Shown one piece after another: positions 63,314 to 64,000 of a stretch of 64,000 nt of DNA. How positions within the stretch are numbered: position 1 is the stretch's first letter; every line of letters starts with the position of its first letter. The translations under genes were made by a program, and so were the position numbers. Location of the stretch: positions 454,143 to 518,142 of the forward strand of contig JBOZIK010000001.1 of NCBI GenBank assembly GCA_051453625.1, in the 5' to 3' direction. The notes beneath the pieces are model-generated. The model worked only from the letters and a program-made list of their open reading frames with translations. It was not told the origin of the DNA and ran no database searches. The stretch is from Welwitschia mirabilis. Taxonomy: Eukaryota.

Positions 63314-63646
63314 TGTTGGGCCCCTTTACCATCACACCAAAAGCCATGACTATTAGTGGAATCTAGTAAATTAGAACCCATTACATTTACTCACCTATCG
63401 GGCTGGGCATGGAGATCGCACATCCAATAATCTCCCACTTGATCCATATGCCAAGTGCGTACATGAACTGGGAAGGCACTGGGGAGACTTGAACCTAAGA
63501 CTTGATAACCACCTTGGCTTTGATACCAATTGCTGGGCCCGTTTACCATCACACCAGAAGCCATGACTACTAGTGGAATCTAGTAAAGTAGAACATATTA
63601 CGTTTACTTACTTATGGGGTTGGGCATGAGGACCGCACACCCAATA
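63314..63646 (-). mobile_element. TRIM (terminal-repeat retrotransposon in miniature), 333 bp
   Basis: 116-bp direct repeats 63314-63429 and 63531-63646; PBS tggtatcaaagcc (63516-63528, -); PPT aagtgggagat (63430-63440, -); no clear TSD. Confidence 0.9.
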
Positions 63647-63689
63647 ATTTTTTTATTAAGAAATATTTTCCATAAAAAAAAGAGTAAAT

Positions 63690-64000
63690 AATGAAGCAAG
63701 TGCTCTCAGTGGCGGGCACTGACGTCCTTAGTAAGGGAGGGAAGGATAGAGGCAGTGGCGATAGTGAAGTGTTGGGTCACAGAATATTTAGGCAGAGTGA
63801 AGACAAGGTTAATACTGGAAGTGGACTTCGTGAAGTAAGCTCTGTTGTTAAAGATGTCGTTCACGGATACCCAGTGGATGGCCGATGGGACACTGGGCTT
63901 GGGACATAGAAGGTCACGATTAAATTCCTTGGAGGCCGAGTTACTAGGGTCGTTAAAAACATTACATTCACTATGGATGGTGGGTTTACTACTACCACCA
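63690..64000. other. GC/CpG-richer non-coding segment of unknown origin running off the window edge
   Basis: Compositional shift like 25879-27273; ORF 63691-63909 not recognised. Confidence 0.35.

Noticed and set aside
63470..63510. tRNA gene
   Set aside because: Only a T-arm-like fragment, no cloverleaf; inside a TRIM

Overview
Repeat-dense, AT-rich, CpG-depleted plant nuclear DNA with six N gaps and no intact long ORF. It is not prokaryotic, and I see no CRISPR array, rRNA or complete tRNA. Left to right: (1) a decayed Ty3/gypsy Tat-lineage element (-) whose extra archaeal-type RNase H lies between protease and RT; (2) an LTR-like block; (3) a deleted Ty1/copia (-); (4) a LINE RT fragment; (5) a second copia (-) carrying a nested hAT MITE with a perfect 8-bp TSD and a ~1-kb insert; (6) a probable 3' end of a host gene (+), seen as three phase-compatible small exons (19, 62, 82 nt), whose introns hold CpG-rich 'patchwork' inserts and a Sirevirus-like LTR; (7) a third copia relic; (8) a 17.4-kb Athila-like element with both LTRs, PBS, PPT and GTTAT TSD, inserted into a LINE, with three diverged pol segments and an env-like ORF; (9) a ~1.46-kb foldback element; (10) further LTR relics and a 333-bp TRIM with a tRNA-like T-arm. 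I find no clear new multi-gene system. The best leads are the CpG-rich inserts, the microexon gene and the Tat domain order. All calls come from reading the sequence by eye; boundaries of decayed elements are approximate unless a TSD is given.
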